From the IMG/VR virus record IMGVR_UViG_3300016469_000504, positions 1 through 33,632 of that record: a stretch of 33,632 nt of DNA; one strand, given 5' to 3'. The position numbers and the translations under genes are program-made. Of the stretch, positions 6,806-17,029 are shown in pieces; position 1 is the stretch's first letter; the number at the start of each line of letters is the position of its first letter. Origin of the DNA: a virus (Duplodnaviria; Caudoviricetes). Below the pieces are notes generated by a model that ran no database searches, was not told the DNA's origin, and saw only the letters and a program-made list of their open reading frames with translations.

Positions 6806-9484
6806 GTGTCAAGCGGCTATCAGGTTAAAGATTTAGCAGACATCGTCGAAGCAGTCGTAAGAGAACTGAAAATCCAGTCAAACGATACGGCTGAGCTCGA
6901 AAAGATTAAGCACGATGTAAACGAGATCTACCAAGACAGAGTCCTGCCCTTTAAGCGTTGGTATTGGATCCTTGGTAAAACAGCTCTAAAGCATGAAGCG
7001 TTTTATGGTGCAGGCACAGTTGCGGCGACTCCCGATTCAACTACGATCACGCTCTCAGTTGCACCGTCTGCTTCTTTAGGTTCTTTTGCAGGCAGACTTT
7101 TTTCAGTAGACCAATTTTCTGAGATCTACACAATTGCAAGCCACACTGCAGGCTCGGCAACATTAACACTTGCCTCCTCTTATCAAGGCACGCTGCAAAC
7201 AGCGGCAGCCTATAAGATTTGGTCGGATGTTTTAAACCTACCAACTGACTGCAGAGAGACGATCGAAGTATGGCATGACCACATGCGAACTCCTATGGAG
7301 CCGCAAGGTATGCAGGAGCTAAGAAAGCGCATTGCCGAGTTCCCTAAGCACACGGGTCGTCCGGTTTACTACAACACGACTGATTACTACGATCCAACGC
7401 CTTTGACCGATGAGCTTGAGGCAGACCGTTATCGTCAGATGCGTGTCTACCCTTCGATCAACAACGCAAACACGACAATTCATGTAGAGTACATTCGCGA
7501 GGCACCACCACTAGAAGACGATGCAGATGAGCCACTAATGCCAGTTGAAGACAGGATAGTCCTTGTCTACGGTGCGCGTGAGCTTGCATGGATGCGCCAC
7601 AGAAACCCTGAGGCGTCTCAGCAGAACAGAATTAAGTTTGAAGAAAAGCTTGGCCGCATGGCGGGAAAAGTAGAAGAGGCGGTCGATAAACCGCAGCTTG
7701 TACCTAACTCGACTTACCTTGCACGTCTTCGTGGTCCTAAAATTAAAACACAGCGATACGAAGCCTCGGGCGGATCGGGTGCCTCCTACACGTCGCCCAC
7801 TTACGCTAAGAACATCACGATTGAAGGCGCAAGGATTACTGCAAACGTCACAGTTGATTCAGGTATCACGATTGACGGACGTGACATTTCAGTTCTTGGA
7901 ACACAAGTTGACGCTCTTGTTTCTGCCAACGTTTTACCAAGTGCCCAAATCTTTGTTGGTGATGCTGCAAACGTGCCGCAGGCCCGCGCAGTCTCAGGTG
8001 ATGTTACAATCGACAACACAGGCAACGTGCAGATTGCTACAGGCGCAGTCGTCAATGCAGACGTAGCAACAAATGCTGACATTGCTCGTAGCAAGCTTGC
8101 AAGTGGTACTGCTGACAGAGTTGTTGTTAACAACGGCTCAGGCGTTCTTTCTGATTCTACGGTTACAACTACTGAGCTTGGTCACCTTTCAGGCGTAAGC
8201 TCAGCAATTCAGACACAGTTAAACGGAAAGATCAGCGCAGGAACTGGCGCAATTGTTAACGCCGATGTCAACGCTTCAGCAGCAATCGCACGGAGCAAGC
8301 TTGCAAACGGAACCGCAAACCGTGTCGTCGTAAACGACGGAACAGGCGTCATGTCTGACGCTGCAGCGATCACTGCAAGCCGCGCACTTATCTCAGATGC
8401 CAACGGAGTACCGACACACTCGTCAGTTACTTCGACAGAGCTTGGCTACGTTTCAGGCGTAACAAGTGCTATTCAAACACAGATCAACGGTCGGCAAGAT
8501 CGCTCAGTTTTAACAGCTAAAGGCGACCTCTACGCTGCTACCGCTTCAAACACAGTTACTAGACTTGCCATCGGAACAAACGGCCAGGTTTTGACCGCTG
8601 ACTCTGCCGAGTCAACAGGTATGAAGTGGGCCACACCTGCAAGCTCTGTTCAAACAACGGCAGTCGTTCGTCGGTTTACCTCTGGATCTGGCACTTACAA
8701 TCTTGGTTATCGTTTCGTGGTCTCAGGCGCTACCGTTGTTGCAGGCGACACGTATACGCACAACACCGTTACCTATACCGTCACTCGCTCAGGCACGTCG
8801 GTAAACGTCATTTATTTAAGCGGTAACGCAGCTCCTCTTTCGTCAGGTACGCTCACGCGAGCGTCAGGTACGGGCGACTCATCCATCACGTTTACTTCTT
8901 CGCAAGCTCCACTATATTTGCGCGTAAAAATGGCTGGCGGTGGTGGTGGAGGCGGTGGCTCTGGTACTGCGTCAGGCGGTAACGGGGGCAACGGCGGTAA
9001 CACGACGTTTGGCTCATCACTGCTTACAGCTAACGGCGGCGACGCCGGTCGATGGGCTTCTTCAACGGTTCCAGAAGGCGGAACGGCTACGGTCGCTTCT
9101 CCTGCTGTCACAGTTCTTGCTGTTCAGGGTGTGCGAGGTCATGGCGGTGCTGCTTATGGCGGAACTGCAGTCATTTTGCCTGGGGGCCAAGGCGGAGCCA
9201 CGTTCTTTGGCGGTAACGGTGTAGGGACCGCAAACCTTGCTGGATCGAGTGGACGAGACAACACAGGTTCTGGCGGTGCAGGCGGAGGTTCAACAGCAAA
9301 CGCAACCGCCTACATTGGAAGCGGCGGCGCAAGCGGTGGTTACCTTGAGGCTTTAATCATTAGCCCTTCAGCTACTTACGCATACGCAGTCGGCTCAGGC
9401 GGTTCAGCAGGTTCCGCTGGTACTAACGGACACGCAGGCGGAACGGGTGCCGCAGGCATCATCATAGTCGAGGAGTACTACTAA
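6806..9484 (+). CDS. Head-tail adaptor (tail tubular A-like) fused to fibre repeats and a Gly-rich domain
   Basis: First ~300 aa show adaptor-like motifs (RWYW, LNLPTDC, GRPVYY, MRVYPS, DEPLMP...LVYGA). Fibre-type repeats and a Gly-rich C-terminal domain ending GIIIVEEYY follow. GTG start with GAGGAG RBS. Confidence 0.7.
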   Translation: MSSGYQVKDLADIVEAVVRELKIQSNDTAELEKIKHDVNEIYQDRVLPFKRWYWILGKTALKHEAFYGAGTVAATPDSTTITLSVAPSASLGSFAGRLFSVDQFSEIYTIASHTAGSATLTLASSYQGTLQTAAAYKIWSDVLNLPTDCRETIEVWHDHMRTPMEPQGMQELRKRIAEFPKHTGRPVYYNTTDYYDPTPLTDELEADRYRQMRVYPSINNANTTIHVEYIREAPPLEDDADEPLMPVEDRIVLVYGARELAWMRHRNPEASQQNRIKFEEKLGRMAGKVEEAVDKPQLVPNSTYLARLRGPKIKTQRYEASGGSGASYTSPTYAKNITIEGARITANVTVDSGITIDGRDISVLGTQVDALVSANVLPSAQIFVGDAANVPQARAVSGDVTIDNTGNVQIATGAVVNADVATNADIARSKLASGTADRVVVNNGSGVLSDSTVTTTELGHLSGVSSAIQTQLNGKISAGTGAIVNADVNASAAIARSKLANGTANRVVVNDGTGVMSDAAAITASRALISDANGVPTHSSVTSTELGYVSGVTSAIQTQINGRQDRSVLTAKGDLYAATASNTVTRLAIGTNGQVLTADSAESTGMKWATPASSVQTTAVVRRFTSGSGTYNLGYRFVVSGATVVAGDTYTHNTVTYTVTRSGTSVNVIYLSGNAAPLSSGTLTRASGTGDSSITFTSSQAPLYLRVKMAGGGGGGGGSGTASGGNGGNGGNTTFGSSLLTANGGDAGRWASSTVPEGGTATVASPAVTVLAVQGVRGHGGAAYGGTAVILPGGQGGATFFGGNGVGTANLAGSSGRDNTGSGGAGGGSTANATAYIGSGGASGGYLEALIISPSATYAYAVGSGGSAGSAGTNGHAGGTGAAGIIIVEEYY
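8042..8493 (+). repeat. Internal duplication in the adaptor-fibre protein
   Basis: GA(V/I)VNADV...IARSKLA.GTA.RVVVN.G.GV.SD...TELG..SGV.SAIQTQ.NG occurs twice, starting at 8042 and 8246. Confidence 0.8.
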
Positions 9485-9675
9485 TGAAACGCTATCGACT
9501 AAAAATATTTAGAGCAGATGGTTCACTCTATTGGACGTCTCACGCGGAGAGCATTAACGACCTTCTTAACTGGCTTGCTGAGGAAATGACTCGTGAGTAC
9601 TGGGATAAGACGTACACCTCACAGATTGTCGAGCTTGATCCGCAAAACAACGAAATTCCTTTAGAGCAGGAGTAA
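9484..9675 (+). CDS. Small hypothetical protein, possibly fibre-associated
   Basis: 63 aa; TAATG coupling to the upstream stop. Confidence 0.65.
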   Translation: MKRYRLKIFRADGSLYWTSHAESINDLLNWLAEEMTREYWDKTYTSQIVELDPQNNEIPLEQE

Positions 9676-9680
9676 TCTCC

Positions 9681-11876
9681 ATGCCGCGCAGGACCGAGAT
9701 TTTTACGCAAGTGCCCTGGAACGGAGGACTAAACTCGTCCGCTGATCCATCGATGATTGGGCCAAACGATCTGGTTCAAGCTGACAACGTCGTCTTCTCT
9801 TCAAATGGCTCAAGACTTAAGCGTGAAGGCTTTGAGTACTTAGACACGGCTATCCCTGCAAGTGCTACAAGAAGCTCAAGCGGAACGACACGCACTTTAG
9901 TCTTTGCAAGCTCTGTCTCTATCGCATCTCCTGAAGATCGTATCATCGTAGTCGGTGAGCGCATAAACGTAACTGGCAGTGGGAACGCAAATTACAACTG
10001 CACCAACGGCGAAGTTTTAAGCGTTTCAACAACGACAATTACGTACACGTTCTCGGGTGCATCGTCGCTGACAGAGTCGTCAACGGCCGACACGGGTATG
10101 GTGGTAACACGCAACTCAAGTGTGGTTGGTGTTCATGACTATTGGTACTACGATCGCACCAATAACGTAAAAGCACGTTATCGAATGGCTCTGACCTCAC
10201 AAGGCAAGCTCTTCCGCTACGACGCCAACGGTAGACGAAAAGAGATTACTAAGCGCGCTGAAGTTGCTCAGGTTCAGACAGTTCAAACAGTCGCGGCCTC
10301 GAGTCTTACAGGTGGTGATTACTTTAACCTGTACTCTGCAAAAGACGTAACTCGCTATTTGGTTTGGTACGAAAAAGGCGGGGTCGGCACGGCTCCAGTT
10401 GTTACGGGCGCAACGGCCGTAAAGGTAACAATTAACAACGCCGACACCGCTGACCAAGTGGCTTCTGCTACTAACACAGCCATTGACGCTCTAGCTGACT
10501 TTTCATCCACAGTGTCGACAAACACAGTGACCATCACTAACGCAGCAGTGGGCGATTGTACAACAGTTGCAGATTCGCCAACGGCAACAGCCACAACATT
10601 TACATTTGCGCGAACAACAGCGGGCACGGGACCAGCTACGGCAATCACGGGCACGATTACTCAAGCTGATATGCGCACGTACAACAATCGGTTAATCTTC
10701 ACCCTTTCAGGGGTCGGAAATACGCCAAAGATTTACTACGCAGACGATGGCACCGATACCTGGGAGGACCTGTACGGCGCTCCTGACGGCTCTATTATTG
10801 GCGAACATCAAAACCGTTTACTTTTAAACTCAAAGACCGATAGAGATCGGCTTTACTACTCACCACCGTTTGACCACACGCTTTGGCAAGGTCGTGGTGA
10901 CAGCGGTGCTGTTCGTATCTCAGATGGTGACGGCGACGCTGAAGGTATTTCAGCCATATTCCCAAGCTTTAGAAACCGAGTGATCGGAGCTAAGCGCTCT
11001 TCAGTTCATCAGATTGCAGGCGATGATCTAACCACTGACCCAGTCCTCACCATTACCAAGGGCCACGGCGCCTTGTCGCACAAGGCAGTTGCGGCAGTCG
11101 ACCTTGACGATGTGCTTTACGTTTCTCAAAGAGGCATTCATTCAATCGTTGCAACCGATGCGCAAGGTGAGTTTACTTCAGAAATCCTGTCGGACAAGAT
11201 ACAGGTCGACTTTAACGAGCTTGAGCAAACAAGGCTTAGGTTTACGCAAGCCGCTTATCTGCCCAGTGTTAACTCAGTTGCATTTAGTGTCGCTGAGGAG
11301 GACGCAACCTCTCAAACAGATTTGCTACTTTTAAACATCAAGAACCGAGAGTGGTATAAGTGGCCTAACGTTAACGCTCAGGCGATCTCGACTTTTTTAG
11401 ACCCTAGCACGAATAAAATCAGACTTATGATGGGGCTGCAAAACGGTCGGATTGCGCTCTCTGATCGCGGCACCTTTACTGATTACGAGAACTCGCCAAT
11501 TAGCTTTAGGGTTAAATCAGGCGCTATCTACGTCGACGGCAACCCACAGACCGTAAAAGGGTTTAAAAAGCTAACCCTATTCTTTAAGCCACGAGGCGAT
11601 TTTTCTTTTACTGCCTACGTAAAAGTCGACAATTTGCCAGTCCAAGCCTTGAGTTTTACCCAAACTGCTGCCTCAGACCTTTTAGGATCGACCTTTATTT
11701 TAGGCACCTCGCTTTTGGGCGCAGACTCGGTTTTACAGCCATTTACTAAAGAGATTTACGGCTATGGAAGGGGTCTTAGCCTTGAAATCTTCCAATCTAG
11801 CCAAGAAGGCCAAGTCGAAATTTACGGCTATGCCATTGAGTATGAGCCCGCGGACGTCGCCAACGAGACCACCTAG
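9681..11876 (+). CDS. Tail nozzle / tail tubular protein B (P22 gp10-like)
   Basis: GGLNS...ADNVVF...LKREG N-terminus; HQNRLL, RLYYS and VLYVSQRGIH propeller-like motifs; VKGFKKL C-terminal domain; follows the adaptor. Confidence 0.75.
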   Translation: MPRRTEIFTQVPWNGGLNSSADPSMIGPNDLVQADNVVFSSNGSRLKREGFEYLDTAIPASATRSSSGTTRTLVFASSVSIASPEDRIIVVGERINVTGSGNANYNCTNGEVLSVSTTTITYTFSGASSLTESSTADTGMVVTRNSSVVGVHDYWYYDRTNNVKARYRMALTSQGKLFRYDANGRRKEITKRAEVAQVQTVQTVAASSLTGGDYFNLYSAKDVTRYLVWYEKGGVGTAPVVTGATAVKVTINNADTADQVASATNTAIDALADFSSTVSTNTVTITNAAVGDCTTVADSPTATATTFTFARTTAGTGPATAITGTITQADMRTYNNRLIFTLSGVGNTPKIYYADDGTDTWEDLYGAPDGSIIGEHQNRLLLNSKTDRDRLYYSPPFDHTLWQGRGDSGAVRISDGDGDAEGISAIFPSFRNRVIGAKRSSVHQIAGDDLTTDPVLTITKGHGALSHKAVAAVDLDDVLYVSQRGIHSIVATDAQGEFTSEILSDKIQVDFNELEQTRLRFTQAAYLPSVNSVAFSVAEEDATSQTDLLLLNIKNREWYKWPNVNAQAISTFLDPSTNKIRLMMGLQNGRIALSDRGTFTDYENSPISFRVKSGAIYVDGNPQTVKGFKKLTLFFKPRGDFSFTAYVKVDNLPVQALSFTQTAASDLLGSTFILGTSLLGADSVLQPFTKEIYGYGRGLSLEIFQSSQEGQVEIYGYAIEYEPADVANETT

Positions 11877-11915
11877 GGTTTTTGTTAAAATCGCCCCTGA
11901 GGAGAGGCCCAGCCC

Positions 11916-12989
11916 ATGCCAAGTTTAAACGTAAGACGCCTGTATAACGACGGTGACGCGCTCTTTGAATCTGATCTCGATGCGGTTATCGATGACATAG
12001 AAACGCTTTTAAATACAACGAAGCTTAACGACGACAACATTCAGGACGCAGGGATTACCGCTTCCTCTAAACTTATCGATGGGTCGGTGTCGACTGCAAA
12101 GCTTGCGACCAACGCAGTTACAACGGCCAAGATTACAGACGCAAACGTAACAACAGCTAAGATAGCCGATTCCAATGTCACAACCGCTAAGATTGCAGAC
12201 GCTAACGTTACTACAGCTAAGATCGCAGACAGTAACGTCACAACTGCAAAGATCGCAGACGCTAACGTCACGTTTGCCAAGCTTGCTGACTCTGCAAAAT
12301 ACAAGCTGAAAGTTGATGTTTACAACTCAGGCTCTGGCACTTGGACCGTACCGGCAAACGTCGACAACGTTTGGGTTGTTGTTCAGGCAGGCGGCGGTGG
12401 CGGCGGTCACGGAATTGTTGGAGCGGATGCAGGCGGTGCCGGTGGTGGTGCAGCTGGTGGCTACTTTGCCGGGCGACTTTCAGTCACTCCAGGCGGCTCC
12501 GTTTCTTATTCAGTCGGAGCAGGCGGCTCCGGAGGAGCGAGCTCAGGCGCAAGCGGGTCAGCTGGAAGCGCATCTACATTTGGCGGCATCTCAGTCAGCG
12601 GCGGCGCAGGCGGTCAGGGCGGTCAAAACGGATCTGGAGCTTTTGGTGCGGGCGGATCCAACACCTTTTTAGGTACGGCAGCAGGTGGCAATGGCGGAAC
12701 TCGAACCAATAATGGATCTGCAGGGCAGAGTTTGGCCTCAGCTAGCGGCGGTGCAGCCGGTACGGCGGGAGCCTTGCAGGGCGGCGGTGGCGGCGGAGGC
12801 GGCGCTTCGCTGTTAGCGGCGGGTGGCGCCGGCGGTAATGGTGCTCAAAACGGAGCAGGTGCAGGTTCTTCTGGAAGTATTGGTTCTGGAGGTGGCGGCG
12901 GTGGTTCTGCAACGAGCAGCAACGCCGCAGGTGGCGGCGGTGGCGGCAATGGCCGAATCGAAATCTATTACGTCGGCACGGTCTCTTAA
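11916..12989 (+). CDS. Tail fibre / receptor-binding protein with Gly-rich domain
   Basis: VTTAKIAD(A/S)N repeats followed by TWTVPANV...AGGGGGG...GNGRIEIYY. Confidence 0.75.
   Translation: MPSLNVRRLYNDGDALFESDLDAVIDDIETLLNTTKLNDDNIQDAGITASSKLIDGSVSTAKLATNAVTTAKITDANVTTAKIADSNVTTAKIADANVTTAKIADSNVTTAKIADANVTFAKLADSAKYKLKVDVYNSGSGTWTVPANVDNVWVVVQAGGGGGGHGIVGADAGGAGGGAAGGYFAGRLSVTPGGSVSYSVGAGGSGGASSGASGSAGSASTFGGISVSGGAGGQGGQNGSGAFGAGGSNTFLGTAAGGNGGTRTNNGSAGQSLASASGGAAGTAGALQGGGGGGGGASLLAAGGAGGNGAQNGAGAGSSGSIGSGGGGGGSATSSNAAGGGGGGNGRIEIYYVGTVS
12087..12296 (+). repeat. Seven tandem 30-bp (10-aa) coding repeats
   Basis: VSTAKLATNA, VTTAKITDAN, VTTAKIADSN, VTTAKIADAN, VTTAKIADSN, VTTAKIADAN, VTFAKLADSA. 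Confidence 0.9.
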
Positions 12990-12998
12990 GGAGGGGTT

Positions 12999-13826
12999 AT
13001 GTGGCAGGCAGCAGCGGGTGGCGCAGTACTAGGGGCAGTGGCGGGCAGTTTTGGTAAACGCTCGCGAAGCTCTGTTCAGCTTGCACCTGAATCAGCTTTA
13101 GAGCGTGAGGCGGGTAAGACAGCACAGGATCAGCTGTCACAATTATCTAATTTGACAAATCTAGGACCTGGTTCTCAGGATGTCACAAGTGGTCTTGAGG
13201 CACAGAGAAACCTAGCACAGCTCTTGTCAAACTACTCACAAGGCGGCTACATGCCGCAGGATAACGACTTTATATCGGCCCAACGCCTGGGTGCGCAGCT
13301 CTTCCAGCCGCAGCAGCTACAACTCCAGCAACAGTTTATGGACGACGACGAGCAGATCGCACGCGTCGCTGCACGTATGGGTAGAGATCCAAACGACCCG
13401 GTTCTACGTAATCAGCTTCAGCAACAGCGTAATCGTCTCATGTCTCAATTCGGAGCTCAGCAGAACGCGTTCATCGCAGAGCAAGCGCAGAACATGCCCA
13501 TGCAGCGTCTTGGGTTTGCTCAACAGCTTGCGCAAGTGCGTGGTGGTTTAGCCTCACAAGCGATGGCAAACCGCGAAGCGTTGCTAAGAATGGGTCAAGG
13601 AATTCGTCAGAGTGAACAGAACTTCCGTATGGGCACAGCCTCTAGAACTGTTCAAGAAGGCGGCGGTTTAGCCGGTGCCATCTCTGGAGGCCTTGCAGGT
13701 CTTGGCGCAGGTATGCAGGCAGCACCGGGTTTGAGCTCTTTGTTTAGCGGGTTTGGTAGCAGCGGAGCTGCAGCGCCAACAATGATGGCCGGTCAGTCAA
13801 ACCGCTTTGTTGGTAATATCGGTTAG
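12999..13826 (+). CDS. Putative DNA ejection/pilot protein
   Basis: Gly/Ala-rich ends with a Gln-rich helical middle; follows the tail genes; AAGGAGG RBS. Confidence 0.6.
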   Translation: MWQAAAGGAVLGAVAGSFGKRSRSSVQLAPESALEREAGKTAQDQLSQLSNLTNLGPGSQDVTSGLEAQRNLAQLLSNYSQGGYMPQDNDFISAQRLGAQLFQPQQLQLQQQFMDDDEQIARVAARMGRDPNDPVLRNQLQQQRNRLMSQFGAQQNAFIAEQAQNMPMQRLGFAQQLAQVRGGLASQAMANREALLRMGQGIRQSEQNFRMGTASRTVQEGGGLAGAISGGLAGLGAGMQAAPGLSSLFSGFGSSGAAAPTMMAGQSNRFVGNIG

Positions 13827-13837
13827 TGAGGTAAGCC

Positions 13838-14863
13838 ATGGATGATCTTTTAAAAGGCCTACAAATGTTTACCCAAGGTGTGAAAGCCGCTGCGGTAAAC
13901 AAAGGCATCATGGATGCTCAACAACAAGTTCAGCAGATTCAAGCATCACAAATGAAGGAGATGGAGCGCAGACAGGCGCTTCAGGGCATTTCAAACAACC
14001 TTGCTTTACAGCTTTCCGGTTTAGGTGCTGATCCCGCCCAGGTAGCACAGTCGGCTGCTGCAATCCGACCACCTGAGCTTAGAAACTCGGGCGACTTCTT
14101 AACTCAGGCGGCGTTAACGGGTGATCAAGAGATGCGGGCTGTTGGTACGCAGTTGCAGCGCCAAGAGGGTGCAAATCAGTTTCAGATGGCTGCCGATCAA
14201 AGATCGTTTCAAAGAGAAATGTTTGATCGCGACGCCGCTTTAAGGTTGCAGATTGCAGAAATAGATGCTCGGTCAAAGATGGCAAAAGCCGCTGAAGAGG
14301 ACCAAGAGTTAATCACACCAGTTGGTGTTGCTCGCACAAAAGACGATGCAAAACAATTAAAAGAAGCAGTTGAGCTCAAAGCAGATTTTGACAACAAGAT
14401 TGAACAAATGATTGAGCTTCGAAAAACATACGGCGCGGAGGTTGCAAACAGAGCAGCTGTAGAACGAGGCAAACAACTTTCAAAAGATTTATTGTTGTCT
14501 TATAAAAACCTTCAAAAACTTGGTGTTCTCTCAAAATCGGACGAGGACATTATTAATGCGATTATTCCAGACGACCCTCTTGCATTTAAAGCTGCAAGTT
14601 ACGTTGGTAAAGACCCAATCAGCATGCGGCTACAAAAGTTTAAAGAGGACTCTGATTTTGCTTTTAAAGCAAAGGTAGCAACAAGAACAAAGCCTCAACC
14701 CGGGCAACAGACGCCGCGAGCGGATCAAGTTGCTCCAGTCACCGTTCCAGGTGCCGGTCAACCAATGTTAAAGCGCGTTCAGGATCCTATGGGCAGAACT
14801 TGGTTGGTAAACGAGGCGCAACTAAAACAAGCACTGGCCAACGGCGGTAAACTCTTAGACTAG
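13838..14863 (+). CDS. Putative internal virion/ejection protein
   Basis: 341 aa, helical and Gln/Ala-rich; second of three ejection-type genes. Confidence 0.55.
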   Translation: MDDLLKGLQMFTQGVKAAAVNKGIMDAQQQVQQIQASQMKEMERRQALQGISNNLALQLSGLGADPAQVAQSAAAIRPPELRNSGDFLTQAALTGDQEMRAVGTQLQRQEGANQFQMAADQRSFQREMFDRDAALRLQIAEIDARSKMAKAAEEDQELITPVGVARTKDDAKQLKEAVELKADFDNKIEQMIELRKTYGAEVANRAAVERGKQLSKDLLLSYKNLQKLGVLSKSDEDIINAIIPDDPLAFKAASYVGKDPISMRLQKFKEDSDFAFKAKVATRTKPQPGQQTPRADQVAPVTVPGAGQPMLKRVQDPMGRTWLVNEAQLKQALANGGKLLD

Positions 14864-14872
14864 AGGTTTAGA

Positions 14873-17029
14873 GTGTCTAAAGAACAGTTTAATTGGGAAC
14901 AGTTTCAGCCAGCAGATCAGCCGCAAGCTCCTGCTGAAGAGAAACCTTTTAGCTGGGACCAATTTCAACTTGTCGGCTCTATTGATCCAAACACGGGTGA
15001 GGAGCGCCCAGAGTACGCAAACGGCATCTCACCAGAGAGAGCAATCAACAAGTCCCCTCTGTCGATTAATGACCGCTTGCAGTTAGCATTTGGAAACAAA
15101 AAAGGTCGGATTGATTTTTTAAAACAACGTTATGAAGACGTTGTTGAAACTGAAGACGGAGACTTGCGCATCAAAAAAGATGGCCTGTGGCACGTTCTGG
15201 ACGCTAAAGGGCTAGAGGCAAAAGATCCCTGGGAACTATCAAAAGGCATAGCTAAGGCAGCAGCAGTTGGCGCGTTTAATTTTGCAGTAAAGGGCAATCC
15301 AGTTGGCATGACGGCTAACGCCCTTTCAGGCGGAAGACTAAACAAAGCTGTTGATGAGGCCTCAAGCGTTGCATTAAAAGGCGACGAGGTTGCATCCGAA
15401 TTAGCCAAAGATGCAGCGGACATCGTTCCCGAAGCGACAGCAATCGGCGCATCGATTGCAGCTGGTGTTGCTACCGGTGGCGCATCTCTTGCGGCGCAAG
15501 CTGCAGCTGCAGGCGGTGCTGCTCTGGGTGCAGGAGCTTACCGAACTTCACTTGGGCGTCTCGTTGGAACCTACGATGCTGACCCAGAGACTCAGTTTAA
15601 AGAGCTTGCAATGGAGACGATGCTTGCATTCGCAGGCACAGGAATTGCGTTAGGTGTTAAGCCAACCGCTCAGTGGATGGCTAAACAAATACCAGGACTC
15701 TCAAAACTTGCAAACGCAAACAAAGTTGTTGGCGATGTATGGGGCAAGTGGGCAGTTGGAAGCGATGACGCTATTGATGTCATGCGCACAATGCCTAAAG
15801 ACCTGTCTGCACGTATGTCAGCGCTTGCAGCGCAAGGCGACGACATGATGTTAGAGACTGCGCGAAACAGTTCAATTGAGCAGATTAAACAGATCTCCGC
15901 TCTGTCAGACGACGTAATTGGTCAGGTCTATAAAAAGCAAGCTGATCAGCTTGTAAGGTCTGCACCAGAAACGTTTCAGGCGCCCTTAAAAGATGTCGTG
16001 CGTGACGTTTACGAACAGTCTATTGCAAGCGGTCTTGGCACTATAAAAGTAGCAGGTAAAGAGCTTTCACAGAGTGAGGCTCTTGAGTATTTGGCTAAAA
16101 ATGGTGTGGATGACGCTGCGACCTTCTCTGTTAAGTCGCTAAAGGAGTTTGAAAAAGGCCTCAATGCCGGCTTGAATTCTGAGCTTATGGGCCTTTCTCT
16201 TGATGATTCAGTTTATAACTCTGTAGCAAAAGCGATCGAGAGGATTGACGGCCTTGCAAAACAACCGGCTTTGTCTGGTAAAGAAGGCGCCGACCAGCTT
16301 TTACGATTTCAACAATTGACCAACAAGTTGACTAGAGATCTGACAACAGTTGCCCAAAGAAAAGGTGTTAACTCTGCTGCCGCTTTTTCTGCAAAATTAA
16401 ATGACACACTAAAGAAACGTTACACCGATATTTTTAGCAAGATGACGCCAAACTCTGACATTGGCGGCAAACTCTACACGTCGCTAAATGCGCGCTACTC
16501 TCAGGCGCTAAACACCTTTGATCGTCTTTCTGAGCTGACTGACACTAGCGCCAACACGATGGTTAAGCGATTGACCGGAGACTTCGGACGCGGCAGTGAA
16601 AGGCAAATGTTGACAGAGCTTGTAAACCTTGCCGATGAGTTTAAGCTACCGGCAGCAGACAAAATCAAGGGTGCTCTCAAAGAGATTCGACTCAATGAGG
16701 CCGCCGCTCTATGGTCACCAATGGTAAATAAAAAGCTGACAGGTCAGGTCGTTGGACCCGGCTTGGTTGCTGGGGGTATCGCTAACGGAACTGTGGGTCT
16801 AAACGCTGAAACTGCAGTAGCAGCAACGCTGTTTAGCCCGCGCCTCAACTACTACGCATGGCAAGCCAAAGATACAGTGGCAACCACACTAAAAAAGTAC
16901 GGCCCTCAAAGAGCTGCAGAAGCGTTTAGTCGTCCTGAAGTGGTTTTACCTTTAACTCAGTCGATCATTGAAGCAACGCGGACTGAACGAGACACTTCAG
17001 CGCAGTTGTTAGGCGGTCAAGGTGAGTAG
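14873..17029 (+). CDS. Putative large ejection protein
   Basis: 718 aa, helical, with Gly/Ala hydrophobic segments and a duplicated F.W.QFQ at the N-terminus; last large gene of the virion module. Confidence 0.55.
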   Translation: MSKEQFNWEQFQPADQPQAPAEEKPFSWDQFQLVGSIDPNTGEERPEYANGISPERAINKSPLSINDRLQLAFGNKKGRIDFLKQRYEDVVETEDGDLRIKKDGLWHVLDAKGLEAKDPWELSKGIAKAAAVGAFNFAVKGNPVGMTANALSGGRLNKAVDEASSVALKGDEVASELAKDAADIVPEATAIGASIAAGVATGGASLAAQAAAAGGAALGAGAYRTSLGRLVGTYDADPETQFKELAMETMLAFAGTGIALGVKPTAQWMAKQIPGLSKLANANKVVGDVWGKWAVGSDDAIDVMRTMPKDLSARMSALAAQGDDMMLETARNSSIEQIKQISALSDDVIGQVYKKQADQLVRSAPETFQAPLKDVVRDVYEQSIASGLGTIKVAGKELSQSEALEYLAKNGVDDAATFSVKSLKEFEKGLNAGLNSELMGLSLDDSVYNSVAKAIERIDGLAKQPALSGKEGADQLLRFQQLTNKLTRDLTTVAQRKGVNSAAAFSAKLNDTLKKRYTDIFSKMTPNSDIGGKLYTSLNARYSQALNTFDRLSELTDTSANTMVKRLTGDFGRGSERQMLTELVNLADEFKLPAADKIKGALKEIRLNEAAALWSPMVNKKLTGQVVGPGLVAGGIANGTVGLNAETAVAATLFSPRLNYYAWQAKDTVATTLKKYGPQRAAEAFSRPEVVLPLTQSIIEATRTERDTSAQLLGGQGE

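Noticed and set aside
12087-12296. CRISPR-like or DGR template/variable repeats
   Set aside because: In-frame coding repeats varying mainly at synonymous sites; no reverse transcriptase in the window.
7801-12712. Antisense and alternate-frame ORFs over tail genes (7801-8133, 8812-9111, 10355-10654, 12041-12304, 12341-12712)
   Set aside because: Shadows of Gly/Ala/Thr-rich repetitive coding sequence; no supporting motifs.
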